Assembly: GCA_030615605.1 (NCBI GenBank)
Contig: JAUWYY010000011.1
Coordinates: 3,037 to 67,036, forward strand
DNA: 64,000 nt
Direction: 5' to 3'
Source of the DNA: a bacterium
GTDB taxonomy: Bacteria; Armatimonadota; Zipacnadia; Zipacnadales; Zipacnadaceae
The notes under the pieces are model-generated. The model did no database searches. It was not told where the DNA came from and worked only from the letters and a program-made list of their open reading frames with translations. This document shows positions 37,348 to 46,082 of the stretch, piece by piece (position 1 is the stretch's first letter; every line of letters begins with the position of its first letter). The position numbers and the translations under genes were made by a program.

Positions 37348-38280
37348 GTGAAAGTTACAATAGTCGGAGCGGGCAATGTCGGGGCCACCTGTGCCCAGCG
37401 CATTGCTGAGGCTGATATTGCCGATGTTGCCCTCATTGACATAGCCGAAGGCCTCGCCGCCGGCAAGGCTCTGGATCTGGCCGAGGCCGCCCCGCTGGTC
37501 GGTCACAGCCGGCGGATTGTCGGTGGTGAAGATTACACCCTGGCCGAGGAATCCGATGTGGTGGTGATTACCGCTGGTCTGCCCCGCAGGCCGGGCATGA
37601 CCCGCGATGACCTGCTGGCCGCCAACGGTGAAATCATCACCCAAATAGTCACGGAACTAAGTCGGACTGCTCCTGATGCCATCTATATTATGGTTACCAA
37701 TCCGCTGGATGTGACCACTTACATTGCCCATCAGATATTGGAAGTGCCCCGGGAGCGGATTATGGGTATGGCCGGCGCGTTGGATAGTGTTCGGTTTCGC
37801 ACGTTCATTGCTATGGAGCTGGGCTGTGCACCGGTGGACGTCCAGGCGATGGTTCTGGGCGGGCACGGCGACTCAATGGTGCCGCTGCCCCGCTATGCCA
37901 CCGCTGGCGGGATGGCGGTAACTGAACTGATTAGCTCGGCACGGCTGGAGGAGATAGTGGAGCGGACGCGCCAGGGCGGGACGGAGATCGTCTCGCATCT
38001 GAAGACAGGTGGGGCCTTCTATGCTCCGGCCGCCGGCGTCGCCCAGATGGTCGCCGCCATTGTGCGCGATGAGAAGCGCCTGATGCCGGCTTCGGTGCTG
38101 CTGCGGGGCGAATACGGTCTTGATGATGTCTTCGTGGGGGTGCCAGTCAAGCTGGGAGCGGCTGGCGTCGAGGAGATAGTTGAGCTTGACCTGACCGAAG
38201 AAGAGTTGGCCGCCCTGCACGACTCCGCAGACCATGTCCGGCGAACAGTTGCCCAATGGCAAGAGGTGCAAGATGCCTAG
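37348..38280 (+). CDS. mdh: Malate dehydrogenase (LDH-like)
   Basis: It has KVTIVGAGNVGATCA, ITAGLPRRPGMTRDDL and GGHGDSMVP. The GTG start is preceded by GGGAGGG. Confidence 0.9.
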   Translation: MKVTIVGAGNVGATCAQRIAEADIADVALIDIAEGLAAGKALDLAEAAPLVGHSRRIVGGEDYTLAEESDVVVITAGLPRRPGMTRDDLLAANGEIITQIVTELSRTAPDAIYIMVTNPLDVTTYIAHQILEVPRERIMGMAGALDSVRFRTFIAMELGCAPVDVQAMVLGGHGDSMVPLPRYATAGGMAVTELISSARLEEIVERTRQGGTEIVSHLKTGGAFYAPAAGVAQMVAAIVRDEKRLMPASVLLRGEYGLDDVFVGVPVKLGAAGVEEIVELDLTEEELAALHDSADHVRRTVAQWQEVQDA

Positions 38281-38329
38281 CCTAAGCTGACACTCGCCAA
38301 CCTATTTTCGCGCAGGGGAGAGGATACCA

Positions 38330-38980
38330 ATGACTATCAAGTTTCTGGGACATGCAGCATTTCTGATCACGAGTGAGGACGGTGTACGGATAATCACCGA
38401 CCCGTACGAGCCGGGGGGATACGACGGCGCGCTGCGCTACGGGCCGATCACCGATGAAGCTGATATCGTTACCATAAGCCACGACCATGCTGACCATAAC
38501 TATGTGGCCGGCGTGCCTGGCAACCCGGTGGTTGTCACTGAGTCTACCGAGGTCAGCGGTATCAGCTTCCGGGCGATTGATAGCTACCATGATGACGCCA
38601 GGGGCACCGAGCGCGGCCCCAACCGCATCGTCTGCTTCGAGGTGGATGGCATTAGAGTATGTCATCTGGGCGACCTGGGTCACCTACTCAGCACTGAGCA
38701 GGCAAGCTCGATTGGTGATGTGGACGTGCTGCTGATTCCGGTCGGGGGCCATTTTGCCATCGACGCCCAGGGCGCTACCCAGGTAATTGACCGACTTCAG
38801 CCCGCAGTGGTCATTCCTATGCACTACAAGACCCCGAAGGTAGACTTTCCCATTGGCCCAGTGGACGACTTCCTGGCCGGGAAGCAGAATGTAGAAGACC
38901 CCGGGGCCTCGCAGATAACTGTCTGTGCCGACGAGCTGGGAGAAGGTCCGCAGATAATTGTGCTGGAGGCCGCCAACTAG
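38330..38980 (+). CDS. MBL-fold metal-dependent hydrolase (UPF0173-like)
   Basis: It has MTIKFLGHAAFLITSEDGVRIITDPY and SHDHADHN. Confidence 0.75.
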   Translation: MTIKFLGHAAFLITSEDGVRIITDPYEPGGYDGALRYGPITDEADIVTISHDHADHNYVAGVPGNPVVVTESTEVSGISFRAIDSYHDDARGTERGPNRIVCFEVDGIRVCHLGDLGHLLSTEQASSIGDVDVLLIPVGGHFAIDAQGATQVIDRLQPAVVIPMHYKTPKVDFPIGPVDDFLAGKQNVEDPGASQITVCADELGEGPQIIVLEAAN

Positions 38981-39055
38981 GCAAGTCGCGCCATCATCGG
39001 AAAGTTAGGCGACGGCAAATGGATTCTTGCCTATGTGCCGGCAGACATGCAAAGC

Positions 39056-40792
39056 TCAGTCGGCGCGCCGGGGCTGAACGCGCACTGTCTGGAAGTTGCG
39101 GTAATACACAAATCCAGGCGGGCCGCCCCTGGGTTTGTTCAGGTGCTTGACTTGCGTGTAGTCCACTTCTACCTTTGACGACTGTGCTTGGCGACTAAGC
39201 GCCGCCGCATGCCCGGCGGCCTCAATAATCGTGCTCTCCGGCACCTCCTCTGGCTGACCACCCGTCTTGATGATGACGTGCCCACCTGGCCCTTGCTGTA
39301 CGTGCAGCCAGATGTCGTCGGAGCTGGCTTGGCGCACGACCTCGTCATTCTGCTGTCCGGTCTTGCCGTAAACCACCAGGTAGCCGTCCTGGCTCTCATA
39401 GCGAGGCAGACCTCTTTTCTCAGGGCGAGGCTGCTCGCGCCGGGGCGGTCGCAGGATGTCCTGGTCAATCATCTCCTGGCGCAGCTCCTGGAGATCCGCC
39501 AACTGCTCAGCATTCTCAATCTGATGCAGCAGGCCTTCCAGGTAATTCTGGTGTATACGGTCAACCTTAAGCAGTCGCGGCAGCCGCTTGGTCAAGCGCT
39601 GTGCACGTTTGTAGCGCTTGAAATAATGCTCAGCTACCTCTTGGGGTCTGCGGTGCGGATCCAGCTCTATTGTGATGTCAGATTGGTCCTCCGAGTAATA
39701 GTCGGTCACGGTGACTTCTTCGGCGCGAGGGGGAATCTCATTCAAGTGGGCGAGGATAAGCTCCCCCCATTTGCGGTATTTATCAGCGTCGGACACCGAC
39801 TTGAGGGCAGCTTTGCGCTTGTGGGAGCGCGTCAGGATATGATCGAGCTGTTTGCCAGCGGCGCGCAGCAACTGCTCGCGCAACTGCCGGCTCCTGTGGC
39901 CCTGCTGCAACTGCTGGCAGACCTGCTCGAGGGCAGCGCTCAAGTCGCGCACCGGCGTCGTGACCACGTCCGGCTGCGACTGAGGCGCAAATGGGTAGGC
40001 AAATGAGGTGTCGGTGCCCTCCCTGCCGCAGATGTACGCCTCACCGGGAGTGCTAATCAGCTTGCGAAGTCCTCCCAGCGTCTCACATAGGCGGTCGGGC
40101 CACCCCTCGCCAAGCGCTGGCAACTGCAGGTCGGTAGTGATGCCGGTAGATGCCGCCAGTTCGGCAATGAAAATATCGCTGCCTCCATGGAAATTGTTCC
40201 GGAACCATCCCCCAAAATCCAGATCCGGATCCGCTTGCCCGGCAATTCGGCTGAGTTCGGCAGCGTTGACTGCGAACGGGTCCACCTTGCCAAAATCCGG
40301 CGGGGGCACATATTCAACACCAGGCAAGCTCTGGCGATAGCGATTGACCTCGGCCGGGACGTGCTTAACGCACTCCAGGATTATCCCCTCTTCATTCAGA
40401 AGCAGGATATTACTGTGCCGTCCCATCACCTCAGTGACCAGAGTGCATCTCGACTCGGGTCCCAGTCGCTGGGCATTGATGAACTCAATATGCAGCAGGC
40501 GGTCAAAATTGATTTGCTCTATGCGTTGGATGACCGCGCCGTGCAAATATCGGCGCATCACGTCGGCCAATGGGGAATGAATATCGGGGCGAGGCTCAGC
40601 GTCCTGGGCAAGATGAACGCGCCCAAATTCGCTATCACCGCACACTACCAACCATGGAGTTCCGCCCTGAGCACTGGTCTCCACAGCCACATCTAACTTG
40701 CCGGTGGCTACCACCCGGCGGACCCGACAGCCGGGCAGGACCTCCTGCAAGTCGGCGCAGATTCTGGATAGCATCGCGCTGTCGAATAGCAT
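39056..40792 (-). CDS. rqcH: NFACT-family ribosome quality-control protein (FbpA/RqcH-like)
   Basis: An NFACT-N-like N-terminus is followed by a central coiled coil. The C-terminal segment DIWLHVQQGPGGHVIIK matches NFACT-R/DUF814. Confidence 0.75.
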   Translation of the reverse strand: MLFDSAMLSRICADLQEVLPGCRVRRVVATGKLDVAVETSAQGGTPWLVVCGDSEFGRVHLAQDAEPRPDIHSPLADVMRRYLHGAVIQRIEQINFDRLLHIEFINAQRLGPESRCTLVTEVMGRHSNILLLNEEGIILECVKHVPAEVNRYRQSLPGVEYVPPPDFGKVDPFAVNAAELSRIAGQADPDLDFGGWFRNNFHGGSDIFIAELAASTGITTDLQLPALGEGWPDRLCETLGGLRKLISTPGEAYICGREGTDTSFAYPFAPQSQPDVVTTPVRDLSAALEQVCQQLQQGHRSRQLREQLLRAAGKQLDHILTRSHKRKAALKSVSDADKYRKWGELILAHLNEIPPRAEEVTVTDYYSEDQSDITIELDPHRRPQEVAEHYFKRYKRAQRLTKRLPRLLKVDRIHQNYLEGLLHQIENAEQLADLQELRQEMIDQDILRPPRREQPRPEKRGLPRYESQDGYLVVYGKTGQQNDEVVRQASSDDIWLHVQQGPGGHVIIKTGGQPEEVPESTIIEAAGHAAALSRQAQSSKVEVDYTQVKHLNKPRGGPPGFVYYRNFQTVRVQPRRAD

Positions 40793-40838
40793 CGTCTACT
40801 CTGATTTTCCGCCGGCTCTTGTTAAGAGATTCCCTCGG

Positions 40839-41255
40839 CTAGGTCTTTACGAACTTGGCCTGTGCTTCGGCCACCACACTGCCGTCAGCCAGTTCCATCC
40901 GCGCCTCGGTTGCAATCAGCTTGCCATGTTTGCGCTTGACCCAGCCACGAACTGTCAGGGACTGACCGATAGCAGCCGGCTGGCGATAGCGGACGTTAAG
41001 TTCGCCGGTCATAGCATTAACGCCTTGCTCCCAGAGCATCCGGGTCATAATCTCGTCCAGCAGGGTGGCGACGATCCCGCCATGAACCAGGCCAACCCAG
41101 CCCTGATGGTGACGCTGCGGAGTGAAGTGGCAGACGTATTGATCAGCTTCGAAGCGGAAATTACTTAGATGGAGACCGTGCGGATTGTGCGGCCCGCAGG
41201 CAAAGCACCAACCGTCGTCGCGCACCTCTGAATCTGGTTGTTGTGACATTCTCAT
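40839..41255 (-). CDS. PaaI/hotdog-fold thioesterase
   Basis: It has CFACGPHNPHGLHL and GLVHGGIVATLLDE. The length is 138 aa. Confidence 0.75.
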   Translation of the reverse strand: MRMSQQPDSEVRDDGWCFACGPHNPHGLHLSNFRFEADQYVCHFTPQRHHQGWVGLVHGGIVATLLDEIMTRMLWEQGVNAMTGELNVRYRQPAAIGQSLTVRGWVKRKHGKLIATEARMELADGSVVAEAQAKFVKT

Positions 41256-41269
41256 ATTCCTCCAGACTA

Positions 41270-41308
41270 CATAAACTAAGCAGCCGCCAACTCCGGCCAG
41301 CGGCTGCT
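41270..41308 (-). terminator. Probable terminator after the ssb-like gene
   Basis: A 9-bp stem AGCAGCCGC / GCGGCTGCT spans 41279-41308. On the minus strand it is followed by TTAGTTTAT. Confidence 0.55.
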
Positions 41309-41355
41309 CTATGCGCTCTTATCAAGTTTTTTTGCTGCCTTCAGCCAGTATTGGC

Positions 41356-41820
41356 TTACGACGACTGCGTCGGGACAGAATCGGCCGTCACGATATCTTC
41401 TTGGATTGCGGAGTCAACAATCTCCACTGCCGTGTGCAGCAGACTGGTCGGCCACCAATCCCCTTTGAGCTCCTCCGTGTCCACCCGGCCGTCAATCAAG
41501 TCCTCCTCAATCAGGCGCAGGTACTTAGCCTTGACAATAGTCAGGTGCTCACGGCCCGTGCGAGTGCTATAGCTCTCCTTATTCAACGTTCCGAGAATAA
41601 AGAGTCGCTGTCCCTCTTTGACCTGCTCCATAGCCCACTGGCCCAGGTCATTCCACACATCTACCAGGAACAGATCCGAGACAGGCTCACCGTTGCTCCG
41701 GTAGAAGGGCCGGTCGACCTCAAAACTAAACTCAGCCTTTACCTGTCCGCCCGACTTCTCTCGCAACACTGCATCCCTGGTCGCCACGCCGGACAAAGCA
41801 ATAAGATTCAGATGTGCCAC
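41356..41820 (-). CDS. Single-stranded DNA-binding protein-like OB-fold protein lacking the canonical acidic tail
   Basis: The segment NLIALSGVATRDAVLRE..AEFSFEV....DLFLVDVWNDLGQWAMEQVKEGQRLFILGTL parallels the SSB OB fold. The C-terminus is ...ADSVPTQSS rather than D-D-D-I-P-F. Confidence 0.7.
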   Translation of the reverse strand: MAHLNLIALSGVATRDAVLREKSGGQVKAEFSFEVDRPFYRSNGEPVSDLFLVDVWNDLGQWAMEQVKEGQRLFILGTLNKESYSTRTGREHLTIVKAKYLRLIEEDLIDGRVDTEELKGDWWPTSLLHTAVEIVDSAIQEDIVTADSVPTQSS

Positions 41821-42051
41821 AAATTACACCTCCAGTTTCATTAGCCAGCACTTCACCCCAAACAAATCAGGAAGCTGAGCTGGTACTGTAATAGGGATTT
41901 AGGCATAAAGCGAGGGCGATGCACAGTGATCGCCCCTGCCTACCTCATTATAGCAAACCTGCAGATAATGTCAAGTGCCATCGAGCCCAAGCTGGCTCCA
42001 TTCCCACTGTCCGTCTAGTGATAAACGACTGCTGCAGTCACCCCGGAGTGC

Positions 42052-42987
42052 TCAGCCTGCCGATAGCTCGGACTCCCGCAAGTAGTCAACCGTCAGGGCT
42101 ATGCCCTGTGCCAGCGTCATCTCCGGCGTCCAGCCTAGCAGTTGCTGCGCCTTTGTGCTGTCCAGTGCGTTGTGCCGCACGTCACCGGGGCGAGGCGGGG
42201 CATAGCTGGGTCCTCCCTCATATCCGCTGGCTTCGGCAACAGTCTCGAATATCTCCTGCACAGCAGTAGCCACGCCGGTGCTGATATTGAAGATCTGCCC
42301 GCTGCCCGTGTCCAGGGCCAACTGATTGGCCTCTACCACGTCACCGACGAAGACATAGTCACGGGTGTCGGTGCCGTCGCCGAATATCGTCGGTTGCTGG
42401 CCGGCGAGCATCTGTTTCCCGAAGATCGCCACCACACCGGCCTCGCCATGGGGATTCTGCCGCGGCCCATAGACGTTGGCGTAGCGCAGCACCGTGAAGT
42501 CGAGCCCTTCCAGGTGCTGGTAGAGGTAGAGGTAATGTTCGACGGCATGCTTGGAGATGCCGTAGGGACTCAGTGGCCGGATGGGATGTTCCTCATCAGC
42601 CGGGCTGTAGTCCAACTCGCCGTAGATGGCCCCGCCAGTGGAAGCATATATAATCTTCTCGACCCCCACCTGCAGCGCGCTGCTGATCACGTTAAGCGAC
42701 CCGATAACATTGCTATGTGCGTCGAAGATTGGCTCATCCACCGAGCGGCGCACGTCCATCTGCGCCGCATGGTGATTGACTATTTGTGGTTGCTCTGCCG
42801 CAAACACCTCAGCGACGCGGTCAACATCGGTGATGTCAACCTCATAGAAACTAGTGGCCGGGTTCAAGTTTTCTCGCCGGCCAGTGGACAGGTTGTCAAT
42901 CACCGCCACCCGGTGGCCAAGCTGTAGATAGCGATCCACGATATGTGAGGCAATAAACCCGGCCCCGCCCGTAACCAATATCTTCAT
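42052..42987 (-). CDS. NAD-dependent sugar-nucleotide epimerase (GalE-like SDR)
   Basis: It has MKILVTGGAGFIASH and YGISK, the YxxxK catalytic motif. Confidence 0.85.
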   Translation of the reverse strand: MKILVTGGAGFIASHIVDRYLQLGHRVAVIDNLSTGRRENLNPATSFYEVDITDVDRVAEVFAAEQPQIVNHHAAQMDVRRSVDEPIFDAHSNVIGSLNVISSALQVGVEKIIYASTGGAIYGELDYSPADEEHPIRPLSPYGISKHAVEHYLYLYQHLEGLDFTVLRYANVYGPRQNPHGEAGVVAIFGKQMLAGQQPTIFGDGTDTRDYVFVGDVVEANQLALDTGSGQIFNISTGVATAVQEIFETVAEASGYEGGPSYAPPRPGDVRHNALDSTKAQQLLGWTPEMTLAQGIALTVDYLRESELSAG

Positions 42988-43044
42988 TACTTGTCCCCCA
43001 TTCGCAGCACGGCGTACACAAAGTCAGGCACAGAGAACTGTATC

Positions 43045-44289
43045 TCACGACTTCGCCGGCGACAGCGAAATGAGCTTGATCATAAGCAGCTCGGCAGTGC
43101 GGCGCAGATTGGCATTAGCCCGCAGGTGAACACGGGTCTCGTCTATCCAGCGCAGCGCGCGCCGGCAAGCCTGCACATCATAGAGTGCAGCAAGTTCCTG
43201 CAGCCGATCGAGGCGGTCAGGATTCATCACGCCGTTGCTCCCCGGCACACTCATCAGTAAGGTGATGTCGCGCCACCAGGAGAGAATCTGATCCACAAGC
43301 TGAATCATTGCTGTGCGCAGCACGTAGTCTTGAGTCTTCTTCATCAGCGCTTTGGCCGTTTTGTGCGAGGTCGTATCTGGCTCATAACTGTCCAAGAACC
43401 ACTGGCCGGCCAGATCAAGCAGCACCTCGGCCTGGCGCATCCCCTCGTAGAGCTGATATGTGGGCAGCGCGGCGAGCAAGTCCAACAGCGCCTCGCGGTC
43501 GGCGAGCAGCGCGGGAAGCGAGAGCATGCGGTAAGCCCAGCCATAGCGGCCGGCACTGGCCGCGGCTACTGCCTGAATCTGCCGTCCGTCACACTCGGGG
43601 AATTCTGCGGTCAGCGCCTCACAAGCATCTGCCAGCGGCACCGGGCCAAAATCAACCACCTGACAGCGCGATACAATGGTATCGGGCAGTTCTGAAGGCC
43701 GGCTGGTGGTCAGGATGAATGTGGTTCGCGGCGGCGGCTCTTCCAGCATCTTGAGGAAGTGGTTGGCGGCCGTGTCATTCATCTTCTCGGCGGATTGAAT
43801 AAGGTAGGTCTTCCATACATCTCCTGGTGCCTTCAGATTGGCACTTGCCAGCATCTGTCGCACATGCTCAATGTGGATTTCTGCGTCCTCGATCTCTATA
43901 AGTTCGAGGTCCTGGTAGTCTTCTTCCTCTTCACTGCCTTGTTGTTGCTCGGCAAGCTGTCCCTCCTGCTGCCTTTTGTGTTGCTTGTCTATTTCCTGGC
44001 GCAAAGCTCCCGAGGTGGGAAAGACAGTTCTAGAATACGGGAAGCTGCCATCTGCTATGCGGCGGCATCTCTCGCACTTATCGCAGGGATCAACCTCAGC
44101 GCTATCCACATCGGCGGGCCGCGCCTCGCAGTTGATGGCCTTGATCAACTCCAGAGCTGTGGTGGTCTTGCCCACATTTGGCGGCCCGGTGAACAGATAG
44201 CCGGTGGGCAGGCGATTGCTGGCAATCGCCCGCCGCAAAACCTGCTTTGGGGTCTTATGACCAACAATGTCGGCGAATGACATCTTCAT
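43045..44289 (-). CDS. holB: DNA polymerase III delta' subunit with an acidic insertion
   Basis: It has FADIVGHKTPKQVLRRAIASNRLPTGYLFTGPPNVGKTT, a Zn-module-like CDKCERCRRI and an SRCQ box (VSRCQVV). Confidence 0.8.
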   Translation of the reverse strand: MKMSFADIVGHKTPKQVLRRAIASNRLPTGYLFTGPPNVGKTTTALELIKAINCEARPADVDSAEVDPCDKCERCRRIADGSFPYSRTVFPTSGALRQEIDKQHKRQQEGQLAEQQQGSEEEEDYQDLELIEIEDAEIHIEHVRQMLASANLKAPGDVWKTYLIQSAEKMNDTAANHFLKMLEEPPPRTTFILTTSRPSELPDTIVSRCQVVDFGPVPLADACEALTAEFPECDGRQIQAVAAASAGRYGWAYRMLSLPALLADREALLDLLAALPTYQLYEGMRQAEVLLDLAGQWFLDSYEPDTTSHKTAKALMKKTQDYVLRTAMIQLVDQILSWWRDITLLMSVPGSNGVMNPDRLDRLQELAALYDVQACRRALRWIDETRVHLRANANLRRTAELLMIKLISLSPAKS

Positions 44290-45239
44290 GCCCTCTCTGG
44301 GGTAATCACTTGCTGAAACCAGTCCAGTGCGGCTTGGAGCCCGGTATCCAGGTCGGTGGTGGGCGCAAAGCCCAGAGCTTCCTGGATGCGCTCGAGCGCG
44401 GGTCGGCGCCGCTTAGGATCGTCGGGATGCAACAGCGGCAGGTATTCGATCTGCGAGCTACTGCCGGCCAGCTCAACAGTCTTCTCCGCAAGCTCCTGGA
44501 CTGATATCTCTTGAGAGCTGCCCATGTTGAAGGGCCCGGTATGTTCACTGGTCATTAGCCGGAAGAGGCCGTCTACCAGATCTTCCACGTAACAGAAGCA
44601 GCGGGTCTGCTGGCCGTCGCCGTAGATGGTCAGTGGCTGGCCGGTCAGGGCTTGGACGCAGAAGTTAGAGACGGCGCGCCCGTCATCAGGGCGCATGCGC
44701 GGCCCGTAGGTATTGAAGATGCGCGCGATGTGCACGGGCATATTGAACTGACGGTGGTAGGTATGGATAAGCGTCTCGGCATAGCGCTTGCCCTCATCGT
44801 AGACGGCACGCGGGCCGGCGATATTGACGTTGCCAGTGTAGTCTTCACTCTGGGGGTGAATCTCGGGGTCGCCGTAGATTTCAGAGGTTGAGGCCTGCAG
44901 AAAGTCTGCGCGCTTGTGCAGTGCCAACTCCAGCAGATTATAGGTGCCCTCCGAGCAACTGCGCATTATCTCGACCGGTATACGCGAGAAATCAGCCGGG
45001 CTAGCCGGGCAGGCCAGGTTGATCAAATAATCAATCGGCCCACTGACCTCCAGCGGTTGGCAGACATCGTGCTCGATGAACTCGGAGTGATTCTCCGTCA
45101 GCAGATCAGCGACGTTGCGACGGGTGCCGGTGGCCAGGTTATCAACGATGACCACATCAAAGTCTTCATCAAGCAGGCGTGACACAAAATGAAAACCAAT
45201 GAAGCCAGCACCGCCGGCGACAACTGCTCGGGGTCTCAT
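44286..45239 (-). CDS. UDP-glucuronate decarboxylase (UXS-type SDR)
   Basis: It has GGAGFIGFH and QSEDYTGNVNIAGPRAVYDEGKRYAETL. Its stop overlaps the holB start as ATGA. Confidence 0.85.
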   Translation of the reverse strand: MRPRAVVAGGAGFIGFHFVSRLLDEDFDVVIVDNLATGTRRNVADLLTENHSEFIEHDVCQPLEVSGPIDYLINLACPASPADFSRIPVEIMRSCSEGTYNLLELALHKRADFLQASTSEIYGDPEIHPQSEDYTGNVNIAGPRAVYDEGKRYAETLIHTYHRQFNMPVHIARIFNTYGPRMRPDDGRAVSNFCVQALTGQPLTIYGDGQQTRCFCYVEDLVDGLFRLMTSEHTGPFNMGSSQEISVQELAEKTVELAGSSSQIEYLPLLHPDDPKRRRPALERIQEALGFAPTTDLDTGLQAALDWFQQVITPERA

Positions 45240-45247
45240 TTGTCTGC

Positions 45248-45880
45248 TTACCTCCCGGCCTGGGATTCTATTCCCAATACTTCCAGAATTGCCTGGTGTA
45301 TGTGCTGTGGTGAGCCGTCAGCGCTGACTATCGCCGCACGGGAGTCAAGCTGGCGAGCATATTCCAGGAAGCCCGCGCGGACCCGGCGGTGGTATTCATC
45401 GTCTTTGCGCTCAATGCGATCCGGCTGTGTAGCTGGTTGCTTCCGTTTACGCCCCTTTGCTGGTTCCAGGTCCAAAATTATCGTCATATCAGGCTGACGC
45501 CCGCCAGTAGCTATTTCATCCAGTAACTCCCAGCCCAAGCCACCGGCGCAACCCTGATAAGCAGCAGTGGCTGACGAGAAGCGATCGCAGACAACTACCT
45601 TGCCGGCCGCCAGTGCTGGCTCGATCACTTCCTGCATATGTTGAGCACGGGAGGCGCAAAACAGGAAGGCCTCAGTCAGAGCACTCATCTCCCGGTCCGC
45701 ATCCAGCAGAACGGCGCGGATGGCTTCCCCGACGGCTGTGCCACCCGGCTCATGAGTAAGCGTTACTTGCTCACCGCTCTGCCGCAAGCACTGTGCCAAA
45801 AGCTCGGCCTGCGTGCTTTTGCCACAGCCCTCGACACCATCGAGCACGATAAACTTGTAGGGTAACGGATTTGCTTGCAT
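45248..45880 (-). CDS. tmk: Thymidylate kinase
   Basis: It has FIVLDGVEGCGKSTQ and DRF. Confidence 0.9.
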   Translation of the reverse strand: MQANPLPYKFIVLDGVEGCGKSTQAELLAQCLRQSGEQVTLTHEPGGTAVGEAIRAVLLDADREMSALTEAFLFCASRAQHMQEVIEPALAAGKVVVCDRFSSATAAYQGCAGGLGWELLDEIATGGRQPDMTIILDLEPAKGRKRKQPATQPDRIERKDDEYHRRVRAGFLEYARQLDSRAAIVSADGSPQHIHQAILEVLGIESQAGR

Positions 45881-46082
45881 CCGAGGAATCAGTAGCCGCC
45901 CACAGCAACAAAAGGATGACAGATGAACTTGTCATCAGTATATTAGTCAAGTAATGCACTGTCAAGCGCGGCCATAGATAGAGCCCAGAGGGCTGATCAT
46001 AGAAGGAATTATCCCCTCTCGCGGTAAATGTACAGTTGATACCAAAACAGGCATCAGGTATTCTTGCACTGAGTGGACAACT

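Noticed and set aside
37269-37466. The track ORF for the HExxH membrane protein carries a 66-codon N-terminal extension.
   Set aside because: The extension would overlap the mdh start codon and its ribosome-binding site on the other strand. It has an Ala/Ser/Thr-rich, non-protein-like composition.
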